The notes under the pieces are model-generated. The model was not told the origin of the DNA and made no database searches. It saw only the letters and a program-made list of their open reading frames with translations. Made by a program: the position numbers and the translations under genes. Below are positions 8,450 through 15,855 of a DNA stretch of 64,000 nt, in pieces. Location: NCBI GenBank assembly GCA_964571815.1, contig CAZNDN010000007.1:999-64998 (forward strand), written 5' to 3'. Numbering within the stretch: position 1 is the stretch's first letter; every line of letters begins with the position of its first letter. Source of the stretch: an uncultured Fibrobacterota bacterium. Lineage in GTDB: Bacteria; Fibrobacterota; Chitinivibrionia; Chitinivibrionales; WJKA01.

Positions 8450-11185
8450 TCAATTCTCTTTCACGCCGATTCTCAGCGTCATTCGTTTCGAAACATCCCC
8501 GCCGTCGATCGTGATTACCGCCAGGTACGTCCCTCCGCCGACCCTCCGTCCGTTGCGATTAGTGCCGTCCCAGACGAAGAAGTGGCGTGCGGTGCCGGAG
8601 GGAAGGTGGGCCGGCGGAGGATCCTCGAGTGCCATGGGCCGATTGAGCACAACCGGATTCTTGACGACGTCGTAGATCGAAAGTGTGGCGCTCGGGCGCT
8701 CGGTGCGCACGGTCAGACCCCGTGATTCCACCATAATCACCACTCCTTCGTGTGTTCTCTTTCCACCTTCGGACACAATCGCCCGGATGAAGGGTGGTAC
8801 CGGAGATTGGCCGGGCACGAACGGGTTGTTTGCCGCGTGGGGGGTGAATGTGACGGGGCCGGTGGTCAGCTCCAGCAACGCGCGGCGATTCAGCGGGTTC
8901 CGCTGGACATTGTCGCCGATATCGCCCACGAGCGCCGAGGGATCGATCCAGACCGAATCACCCTTCGTGGCGCGCTCGACACCCCGGATCTCGCGCACAA
9001 AAAAACCCGCTTCCATCCCGCCGGTTCCCTCCGGCGCAAGAACCATCGTGTAGCGCTCGCCGCCGGGTACGGTGAAGCTCAACGGCGTACTGTTGGTCAC
9101 GCGGTTGACCGTCTCGGAGAACCGGATGCTCAGGGTGTCTTCCCCCTCGATCGGGCCCAGGCTCAGCCGGGCGCTCAGAATCACGGGGGCAACCTTGTCG
9201 TCGATTCCGACGGTTCCGCCGTTGAGCCAGGTTCCCGAGGATATCGGGGCTTCCTCGATCGTGAGTTTGTCCTCGGCGGTGACGCCGGTGAAAGGCGTGG
9301 ATGAGCCTTCCGTTACCAGAAGGCCGATACCTCCGCCGCCGGCCGCCTCCGCGCCCGCAACCGCGAATTCCCGGTGCGGGGGGAGCGTGAACCGCGCGGC
9401 AATGGCCGCAATATCCCCGGCCTCGAAATCCCCGTCGATTCCCACCCACACGCTGTCGATAAGACCGTCGGCGTCGCGATCGAAATATGCGGCACTGTGC
9501 ACCGCCACGACCTCCCCGGCGTTGAACGGGACCGAGACGCGAAGAATGTCGTCGGGATTGTCGGGGTTTTCCCAGGTGACAATGATACTGTCCCGCGGGC
9601 CGTGCTGCAGCACCCCGTCGTTGCGGTCCGCATTCGTTTCGACCCTTCGGGGGAAGCTCCCCGACCACCACTTTTCCCGCCGCCCCAGGTCAAGCTCTTC
9701 GCGGTCTTCGTCCCCCGCGTGATTGGTCACTTCCACTTCGCATTCGTCCGTCGTGGTATCGCCGGTCGACAGTCGAACTTCCAGCGTATCCATAAAATTG
9801 AATACCTGGTCCACCTGCCTGCCGTCGTGAAGCAGTTGGATGCCGCGGCCGTACCGGCAGTTCACTTCCGTACCCTCCGGGGGCACGGCAGTGCCGATCC
9901 TGCGTACGTAGAAGTCGATTCCGTGCGTGGTGTCGCGCTGCTCTGCGGTCGTGACGTCACGCTTGCGATACGTGATATCGAAATTGAAATGGGTGAGTTC
10001 ACCGGTAATCGGAAAGCCGCCGTCGAAAATGAAAAAGCTGTCGGAGACCGTGGTCGTGGCGATCGAATCGTTGACCGAAAACCGGTAGGGCGTTCCGAGC
10101 GTGACCGTGAGCACGGTCTGCACGACCTTACCCATGAGAAGCTCCAGCAGGCTTTCGTGGGTGGCCTCCAGGGCCCAGACCTCACTGTAGCGGTTGGAAA
10201 AGGAGTACCCGTTTGCGCGGGTGTTTTCGGTCATCTGGTTGATACTCTCCGGACCTTCGCGGTCCGAGGTGAAAAAGACCGTGAAGGTGGTGGGCATGCC
10301 GACTCCCTCCACAAAATCCAGCGCGGGCTTGCCTGCCTGGCTTCCACCGCGCGGCTCGCCGTCGGAGAGAAGAACCATGAACTGGTTTTCTACGGGGTTG
10401 GCGGCGCCGGGAAGGATCTGTCGCACGGCCTCGAATGCGCCGTTGATATTGGTCGTGACATTGGCGCTGAAATTCGGTTCGTATTCCAGATCGACGAATT
10501 CGTAGGGGTCGGGCGGGTTCCGGATGCTTGCGCTGGGATCGCCCAGCGAGGTGTCGACGGCGAGAATGTCCTTGATGATGTCAATCCCTTCCCTGCCGTC
10601 GTATTCCCGGTGCAGATTTATAAACGGGAGAAAGGCCTGGTCGGGTTCCTCGTCGATCACCTCGTCGAAACGCTGAAAGTATTCGGCAAAGTATTCATCG
10701 CTCGTAGGATCGAAGTAGAGGTGCTCGCGGAAGACGACCAGGGCCACCTCGGCCGAATCCCATCGGGCGTAGATCGTATCCAGGAGTTGCTTGGTCACCG
10801 TGAAACGCGATCCCATGCGGTCGTGCGGGTAGGAGTCGCTGGTACTGATCCCCATCATGCTGCCCGTATGGTCGATGACAAAAACGATCGAAGGGGAGCC
10901 GCCTTGTACGGTCACGCCTTCACCCAGTTCTCTGAAATCGCACGCGCGAATACCGGCGGAGAGGTAGTTCACCGCCTCGGGAACATCGATCGTATCACCG
11001 TTAAAATTCTCGGGACAGCCGGTTACCACCAGTTCACAGATTTCTTCGCCGAGTTGGGCATGTGCCCGTGGGTGCATACAGAGGAGTATCCCGATCCATG
11101 CGCCGATCAGGCCCATGCCGGGAAACCTGCGTTTGTCCGGGAAGACCCTCCGTGAAGCTGGAACCGTGCGTCCGGGGGCGATCAC
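8450..11185 (-). CDS. Giant secreted vWA-domain protein with C-terminal FlgD-Ig / T9SS-type sorting domain (paralog of 4601..7915)
   Basis: GTG 11185 overlaps the upstream stop (GTGA). Alternative ATG 11116 gives MGLIGAWIGILLCMHPRAHA-Q. vWA block IVFVIDHTGSM...LVVFRE...MVLLSDGE. C-terminus NNPFVP...LSIYDVVKNPVV...FVWDGTNRNGRRVGGGTYLAVI...LRIGVKEN. Colinear with the other vWA giant. Confidence 0.85.
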   Translation of the reverse strand: MIAPGRTVPASRRVFPDKRRFPGMGLIGAWIGILLCMHPRAHAQLGEEICELVVTGCPENFNGDTIDVPEAVNYLSAGIRACDFRELGEGVTVQGGSPSIVFVIDHTGSMMGISTSDSYPHDRMGSRFTVTKQLLDTIYARWDSAEVALVVFREHLYFDPTSDEYFAEYFQRFDEVIDEEPDQAFLPFINLHREYDGREGIDIIKDILAVDTSLGDPSASIRNPPDPYEFVDLEYEPNFSANVTTNINGAFEAVRQILPGAANPVENQFMVLLSDGEPRGGSQAGKPALDFVEGVGMPTTFTVFFTSDREGPESINQMTENTRANGYSFSNRYSEVWALEATHESLLELLMGKVVQTVLTVTLGTPYRFSVNDSIATTTVSDSFFIFDGGFPITGELTHFNFDITYRKRDVTTAEQRDTTHGIDFYVRRIGTAVPPEGTEVNCRYGRGIQLLHDGRQVDQVFNFMDTLEVRLSTGDTTTDECEVEVTNHAGDEDREELDLGRREKWWSGSFPRRVETNADRNDGVLQHGPRDSIIVTWENPDNPDDILRVSVPFNAGEVVAVHSAAYFDRDADGLIDSVWVGIDGDFEAGDIAAIAARFTLPPHREFAVAGAEAAGGGGIGLLVTEGSSTPFTGVTAEDKLTIEEAPISSGTWLNGGTVGIDDKVAPVILSARLSLGPIEGEDTLSIRFSETVNRVTNSTPLSFTVPGGERYTMVLAPEGTGGMEAGFFVREIRGVERATKGDSVWIDPSALVGDIGDNVQRNPLNRRALLELTTGPVTFTPHAANNPFVPGQSPVPPFIRAIVSEGGKRTHEGVVIMVESRGLTVRTERPSATLSIYDVVKNPVVLNRPMALEDPPPAHLPSGTARHFFVWDGTNRNGRRVGGGTYLAVITIDGGDVSKRMTLRIGVKEN

Positions 11186-11970
11186 AGCCGAACCTCGCTT
11201 TCGCCGATCGTTTCACCCCGACCTGCGGTGCAGGTGATTCCCGACGCACGGAATGTGCTCCGACGGGGGGAGCAGCCGGCAGGTCCACGTTTTCTGCCCA
11301 GCAGGTCAACCGCCTCGGTCCGGCTCGATAGGTTCAAAGGATTGGCCGGCCCGGCGTAGTTTTCCGCGATGCCCGCGGGCTTCCCGGTGAGAACCAGCAG
11401 TCGCCTTTCGCCGGCAACGTAGATCCGGTCTCCGTCAACCGTTACCGCCCCGTACCGGCGCGAGGGATCGCTTCGGGCGCCGACAAGCTCGGGGATTTGC
11501 GGGTTGGACACATCGTGGATCCGCAGAAATCCCGGCGATCCGACAACGTAGAGATACGTGCCGGAAACACAGAGCGCGGCAATTCGTCCCGACGGGACCG
11601 GGAGCCCGTGTCCCAGACGCGCGATCTGGTAGGTGCTGTTGGAAGAAATGCTGAACATATATCCGTCGAGATCGTCGGTGAGATTGAAAAGCAGACCGAT
11701 ACGGCTGTACGAGGTGCAGGCCGGGTGAAGTGAGAGGGTGATGGAGCATTCGGAGGGAAGCACCAACGAGTGCCGCACCATGCCCATGGCGATCCCGTCG
11801 TTGGTTACCTTCAGTGCGCAATGGACCGAGGAGATCTCCAGGAATGCATCGATTCGTTCAATTTCCGTCCACTCTTCGGTGGTACAGAAATCCAAAGACG
11901 GCGGCAGTGCTCTGCTTGACAGCGTGGCCGTCAGCACAACGATGCTTACCCACCGAAGTGATCGTTTCAT
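11182..11970 (-). CDS. Secreted LVIVD-repeat-like protein with short T9SS-CTD-like tail
   Basis: The track ORF starts at TTG 12045. ATG 11970 has GAGGG 7 nt upstream and gives MKRSLRWVSIVVLTATL. YLYVVGSPGFLRIHDVSNPQIPELVG...VTVDGDRIYVAG resembles LVIVD repeats. The tail GPANPLNL...AVDLLGRK...RASGITC...SEVRL resembles a degenerate type-A CTD. Confidence 0.6.
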   Translation of the reverse strand: MKRSLRWVSIVVLTATLSSRALPPSLDFCTTEEWTEIERIDAFLEISSVHCALKVTNDGIAMGMVRHSLVLPSECSITLSLHPACTSYSRIGLLFNLTDDLDGYMFSISSNSTYQIARLGHGLPVPSGRIAALCVSGTYLYVVGSPGFLRIHDVSNPQIPELVGARSDPSRRYGAVTVDGDRIYVAGERRLLVLTGKPAGIAENYAGPANPLNLSSRTEAVDLLGRKRGPAGCSPRRSTFRASGITCTAGRGETIGESEVRL

Positions 11971-12016
11971 TGCGGCACCCTCGCTTGCACCGGGCCGGGG
12001 AGATACTCCTCTCAGG

Positions 12017-12045
12017 AATATAGATAATGGTTTTGGGGAACGCAA
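12017..12045 (-). promoter_or_regulatory. Putative sigma70-type promoter of the minus-strand operon (TTGCGT-N17-TATATT)
   Basis: Reverse complement of 12017..12045 reads TTGCGT TCCCCAAAACCATTATC TATATT. It lies 47 nt upstream of ATG 11970, in an AT-rich island within GC-rich DNA. Confidence 0.35.
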
Positions 12046-12284
12046 TGCGGCGTACTTCTCTCGTTTCTTCTCTCAGTCTTCGTTTCTTCACTCCGAAGCG
12101 TCCGTCTCGCGTGCCGTGTTTGCCGGGGTCTGTTCCGGCCCGCGGCGACAGGACCGCCCTGTTCCCGTCTTGCTCGGGAGAGAGGCGGGTCGGGGGGGGG
12201 CAGCGACGGAGGCACGCCGGAGCCGCCTGGTGCACCCGGTGTGGTGTGATTGCGGGGCTACAGGCCGATCGAGGTGCGGGGAAC

Positions 12285-12315
12285 TTGCCAAATCTCTACT
12301 ATAGTATTATTTTTG
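12285..12315 (+). promoter_or_regulatory. Putative promoter of the CHAP gene (TTGCCA-N17-TATTTTTG)
   Basis: TTGCCA at 12285..12290, a 17-nt spacer, then TATTTTTG at 12308..12315, ~100 nt upstream of ATG 12414. The -10 region fits the TAnnTTTG type known from Bacteroidota. Confidence 0.35.
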
Positions 12316-12413
12316 GGGAACAGGAACGTGTTGGCGGCACGACATGATCCACCGGGCTGTTGTATCGGGCCGGCACCACGGGAGACCCGCGGCAGGACAA
12401 AGGAGGAAGGTGC

Positions 12414-13562
12414 ATGAAAGGAGCCGGCCTGATCGCCGTCGTCGCGGGGATGCTACTCACGGCTGAGGCCGCGGTAATACACCTCTCGGGAACCATAGTG
12501 AATCAACACGAACTCCCGATGACGGGACTGGTGGTGGAGTTGCTCGATGCGGGCATGGTGGATACCACCGACACCGCGGGGACCTTTCTCTTCGTTGCGG
12601 ACGATATCGTGGGGAGCCGACCGCTGCGAGCCCTTCGGGAGGCGCCGCCGAGGGTTGCGGGCGGCCAACTGATCGTCCCGGTCCCTTCCCCGGCCCGGCG
12701 TCTTGTAGTGGCGCTGTACGATCTTGAGGGCGCGGTGATCGACCGGCAGAGGCGGGAGCCGCCCGGCAACGGGTGGTTGCGGGTTCCTCTGGTCCTCCCG
12801 GCCCGGGCATCGTCGATGCTCATCCTGGAAATTCGCTGCGGGGAGGATAGAGCAAGGTTCATGCTCCTGAACCATAGGTCAACATGCGGGGCGGTCCTCA
12901 GGTCCCTTGACGGCGGGGAGGCCTCGGGTTCGGCCCCGGCCAAGACGCGTGCTTCCGTGGACCGTCTTGCAGTATCCCGGCGAGATTCCCTGGAAGCCTT
13001 AGTCGACGTGGACGACTACGTGGATGAGCTTTCGCTCGTGATGGATTTCGTGCCCCGTGAGGTGATCGAGATCGCCATGGCCGAGGTGGGCCGGGGCCCC
13101 GGCGAAGTCGGTGAAGATCTGGATCATGAACCCCATGATCTCGGGCAATATCTGGACACACGAAATGGAAGGTACGAAGCGTGGTGTTCGGAGTTCGTCT
13201 CCTGGGCGTATCGGGCGGGCGGATATCCGCTGAGTTCCCGGTGGGAGCCGGACTGGATGCTCGGCGGGTCCACCAGCCTGCGGACCTGGTACCGGAACAG
13301 GGGACGGTGGGTTTCGCATGAGGAGCCCGGGTGGGACACGTTTGTGCCGGCGCCGGGTGATTATGTCCGGTACGACAACGCCTACGGAGGGCACAGCGGC
13401 CTTGTGCGGTATGTGTCCGAGGACGGCGGTACGCTGTATACGGTCGAGGGAAACGTGGGCAATTCGGTGAGGTCCCTCGGCAAAACACGGTGGAGAGACT
13501 ACGACGTGCGGCATATCGACGGGTTCGGGAGGATGAGCGGATTCCTAAAGCCCGTTCCCTGA
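12414..13562 (+). CDS. Secreted CHAP-domain cell-wall amidase/peptidase with N-terminal carboxypeptidase-regulatory-like and Ig-like modules
   Basis: ATG 12414 follows AGGAGGAAGG. N-terminus MKGAGLIAVVAGMLLTAEA. IHLSGTIVNQHELPMTGLVVELLD is CarboxypepD_reg-like. CHAP signature AWCSEFVSWAY...GDYVRYDNAYGGHSGLVRYV...YTVEGN has the Cys and His in the expected order. Confidence 0.7.
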   Translation: MKGAGLIAVVAGMLLTAEAAVIHLSGTIVNQHELPMTGLVVELLDAGMVDTTDTAGTFLFVADDIVGSRPLRALREAPPRVAGGQLIVPVPSPARRLVVALYDLEGAVIDRQRREPPGNGWLRVPLVLPARASSMLILEIRCGEDRARFMLLNHRSTCGAVLRSLDGGEASGSAPAKTRASVDRLAVSRRDSLEALVDVDDYVDELSLVMDFVPREVIEIAMAEVGRGPGEVGEDLDHEPHDLGQYLDTRNGRYEAWCSEFVSWAYRAGGYPLSSRWEPDWMLGGSTSLRTWYRNRGRWVSHEEPGWDTFVPAPGDYVRYDNAYGGHSGLVRYVSEDGGTLYTVEGNVGNSVRSLGKTRWRDYDVRHIDGFGRMSGFLKPVP

Positions 13563-13599
13563 TTGCAGCCGTGCCGGAAGGCCGCGAAGAAGCGCGGCA

Positions 13600-14097
13600 A
13601 TGGCGTCGAACAGGGAGCATGGTGTGCGGTTCCTGATACTAGTAGTATTCTGGAGTCACGTGAGCGCTCAGGTGGGCGTCCCGGTCGACGGGCTTCCCGA
13701 GTACGAAGAGCGGACCCTGTATGTGCTGATCAACGCCGCCCGCCTCAACCCTTCGGACTACGGCGAGCAGTATTGCGACGGGAGCAATCCGGTTCGCTCC
13801 TACGGTCCGCGAACGCCGTATATCATGCATCATGACCTCAACCGCGCCGCGCACGATCACTCCGTTGACATGGGGGAGTGCAACCGCATGAGTCACACTT
13901 CCTGCGACGGCACCTCGTTCATCACACGTATCCGGGCCTGCTACGGTCGGAGTGGAGCGGAGTGTATTGCCACCTACCGCACGTCCGTGGCCGTGCTCAA
14001 CGGATGGCTTTACAGCAACAAGGGGCACCGCGACGCGGTCATGTCCACCAGGTACACCACTATCGGCTGCGGCCACGCCGAAACGAGCAAGCACTGA
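13600..14097 (+). CDS. Secreted CAP/SCP/PR1-like (YkwD-type) domain protein; ends at an in-frame TGA (see finding)
   Basis: Signal-like VRFLILVVFWSHVSAQV. LINAARLNP...LNRAAHDHSVDM...LNGWLYSNKGHRDAVMSTRYTTIGCGHA matches the CAP-domain pattern. The domain looks cut just before its usual final (Y/W)W..(D/F) strand. Confidence 0.75.
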   Translation: MASNREHGVRFLILVVFWSHVSAQVGVPVDGLPEYEERTLYVLINAARLNPSDYGEQYCDGSNPVRSYGPRTPYIMHHDLNRAAHDHSVDMGECNRMSHTSCDGTSFITRIRACYGRSGAECIATYRTSVAVLNGWLYSNKGHRDAVMSTRYTTIGCGHAETSKH

Positions 14098-14142
14098 TGG
14101 ACCCTGGACCTGTCCACCGGCGGCAGGCGCCCCGGAAATCCT

Positions 14143-14694
14143 TTGTACGGGGGGTCACACATCTTCCCCGAGCGCGGTCGCATCTCGTTCATGGTGAACT
14201 ACTACGACGCTGCCGGCTCGGAATCTCCCGAAGTGCGGCTGGTGCTGGAGGGAGAACCGACCGTGCTGAGCCCGCTTTTCGGGAAGGAAACGAACACCAC
14301 CTTTGCCGTGGAGGCTCTAACGGCGACCCGCTGCAGGCCCTATTACTTCGAGACGGGCGAAGCACGCTATCCGGAATCGGGTGCTTTCCTTACATCTGGC
14401 GAGGGGAGTTGCGACAAAGACTACGGCGCCGAAACGGCTGTTCGTGGCGGCGGGCCGGTGAAGGATGTTCGAATCGCCGGCAAGGGGAGTACGGCGGTCT
14501 TCAGTGTTGACGGACGCTGTCTGTTCCGGGGGCAGTACCCGACGGAGCGTATCCCGCCGTTCGTGAGGGAAATGCGTGGTTCGGTAACGGACGCGGCGGT
14601 TGTGATTGTTGCCGATGTCGACCCGGCGGGGAAAATCATCGCCCGGGGAAGCCGCGCGGTTGTCGCGGGGCCCGCGGGGACGTGCCGGCATTGA
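14143..14694 (+). CDS. ORF in frame with 13600..14097; probable C-terminal part of the same (disrupted) gene
   Basis: Same reading frame as the CAP ORF, and codons 14098..14142 are open. The 'start' is only a TTG with no SD and no signal peptide. The C-terminus (STAVFSVDGRCLFRG...VVIVADVD...) looks like a sorting-type beta-sandwich tail. Confidence 0.45.
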   Translation: MYGGSHIFPERGRISFMVNYYDAAGSESPEVRLVLEGEPTVLSPLFGKETNTTFAVEALTATRCRPYYFETGEARYPESGAFLTSGEGSCDKDYGAETAVRGGGPVKDVRIAGKGSTAVFSVDGRCLFRGQYPTERIPPFVREMRGSVTDAAVVIVADVDPAGKIIARGSRAVVAGPAGTCRH

Positions 14695-14895
14695 TTGGAG
14701 AGGGGCCGGCCGTGTCAACACACCAATGGGGTCGGTTCCCCGGAATGGCGTGCCGTTTTTTGCGTGATTCGGCAGAGACCGTGCGGCTTCGTGCTCAGAT
14801 TGAGCGGGGACAAATGTATAACACATTGATATAGTTGAAGATACGAATGATGCGAGCCGCCGTGTTGTAATCGTCGGTCCAGCCGGATCGTTCTC

Positions 14896-14925
14896 TTGCA
14901 AAACAGGTGGAATTATGCTATTTTG
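14896..14925 (+). promoter_or_regulatory. Putative promoter (TTGCAA-N17-TATTTTG) of the TIGR02147-type gene
   Basis: TTGCAA at 14896..14901, a 17-nt spacer, then TATTTTG at 14919..14925, 73 nt upstream of ATG 14998. Confidence 0.4.
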
Positions 14926-14997
14926 TCACTAAGGGGGCCTTGACACCGTACACTACGGTGGAGGCACTACGCCGGGGCCACTTATCGAGGATGTGAG

Positions 14998-15855
14998 ATG
15001 CCCGACATCTATTCGTACACCGATTACCGCAGGTTCATCAGGGACTTCTACCGGGAGAAGAAGCGGCTCGACAAGGGCTTCTCCTATCAGAGGTTTGCCG
15101 CCCTGGCCGGGTTCAAGTCAAAGACGTTTCTGTTGAAAGTGATGAATGGTGAGAAGGCCCTGGCTCGGCAGAGCATTCGGAAGGTTGCCGAAGCCATGGG
15201 GCTGGGGAAGCGGGAGACCCGGTTCTTCGAACTGCTGGTCAATTTCAACGAGGGTAAGACGATTCAGGAGCGGGAGGAGCATTTTCGCCGGCTTCGCTCG
15301 TTTAAGTACACGCACAAACAGGTGCGCATGCGGTCCAATCAGTTTGTGTATTTCTCCCGGTGGTACTATCCGGTGGTACGTGAACTGGTGACCCTGTACG
15401 ACTTCGGCGACAACTACCAGCGGATTGCCAACGAGATCATGCCCCATATCAGTGCCGGTCAGGCCGAGCGGGCCGTGAAGTTTCTGCGGGACATGGGGCT
15501 GATTGAGCGCGATCGGTCCGGGCGGTACCGGCAGAGCAGCAGCGACCTGACCACGGGCAACGAAGTGGTGTCGGTGGCGGTGTCGCGTTTCCAGAAGGAC
15601 ACGCTGGCGCTGGCCGGGGAATCGCTGGACCGGTTTCCGCCGCAGGTCCGGGATATATCCACGCTGACTGTCGGTGTGTCGGAACAGGGTTTTCGGGCAG
15701 TCAAGAAGCGAATCCAGGAATTCCGCAAGGAGCTTGTCGAGCTTGTGCACGAGGACAAGGATTCCGACCGCGTGTATCAGATCAATTTTCAACTGTTTCC
15801 TCTTTCGAGCCTGCCCAAAAAAGAGGCGGCGAAAACCGGGCGGGGGCGGAAATGA
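14998..15855 (+). CDS. TIGR02147-family (DUF4423) HTH-like protein
   Basis: N-terminus IYSYTDYRRFIRDFYREKKRLDKGFSYQRFAALAGFKSKTFLLKVMNGEKALARQSIRKVAEAMGL...ETRFFELLVNFNE matches my memory of the family defined on Fibrobacter succinogenes paralogs. Confidence 0.75.
   Translation: MPDIYSYTDYRRFIRDFYREKKRLDKGFSYQRFAALAGFKSKTFLLKVMNGEKALARQSIRKVAEAMGLGKRETRFFELLVNFNEGKTIQEREEHFRRLRSFKYTHKQVRMRSNQFVYFSRWYYPVVRELVTLYDFGDNYQRIANEIMPHISAGQAERAVKFLRDMGLIERDRSGRYRQSSSDLTTGNEVVSVAVSRFQKDTLALAGESLDRFPPQVRDISTLTVGVSEQGFRAVKKRIQEFRKELVELVHEDKDSDRVYQINFQLFPLSSLPKKEAAKTGRGRK

Noticed and set aside
6470-11155. Plus-strand ORFs 6470..7615 (381 aa) and 9374..11155 (593 aa)
   Set aside because: They lie antisense to the two vWA genes, which have signal peptides, a MIDAS motif, sorting tails and mutual paralogy. 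The plus frames show none of these.
1-12045. Assignment of the vWA + TPR operon to the Bat (Bacteroides aerotolerance) / MoxR-vWA system
   Set aside because: There is no MoxR AAA+ ATPase, no DUF58 protein and no small membrane BatA/BatB-type vWA proteins. Instead the vWA proteins are ~900-1100 aa secreted proteins with sorting tails.
12027-12347. Small track ORFs in the 12.0-12.4 kb spacer (12027..12347, 12012..12215 and others) as protein genes
   Set aside because: They overlap one another in several frames and have Arg/Pro/Gly-rich composition. None has an SD or a recognisable motif. The region is better treated as regulatory or non-coding.
12322-12413. c-di-AMP (ydaO-type) or other riboswitch upstream of the CHAP cell-wall hydrolase gene
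   Set aside because: I could not find the conserved GGGGACCCA / GGGGUGAAUC / ACCCGAA-type cores that I remember for this class. There is only a loose GGGAGACCCG.
14095-14097. In-frame TGA as selenocysteine or reassigned codon
   Set aside because: There is no convincing SECIS-like hairpin immediately downstream. The position is not a redox motif. Many neighbouring genes (for example the stops at 13562, 14694 and 15855) terminate with TGA at sensible ends.
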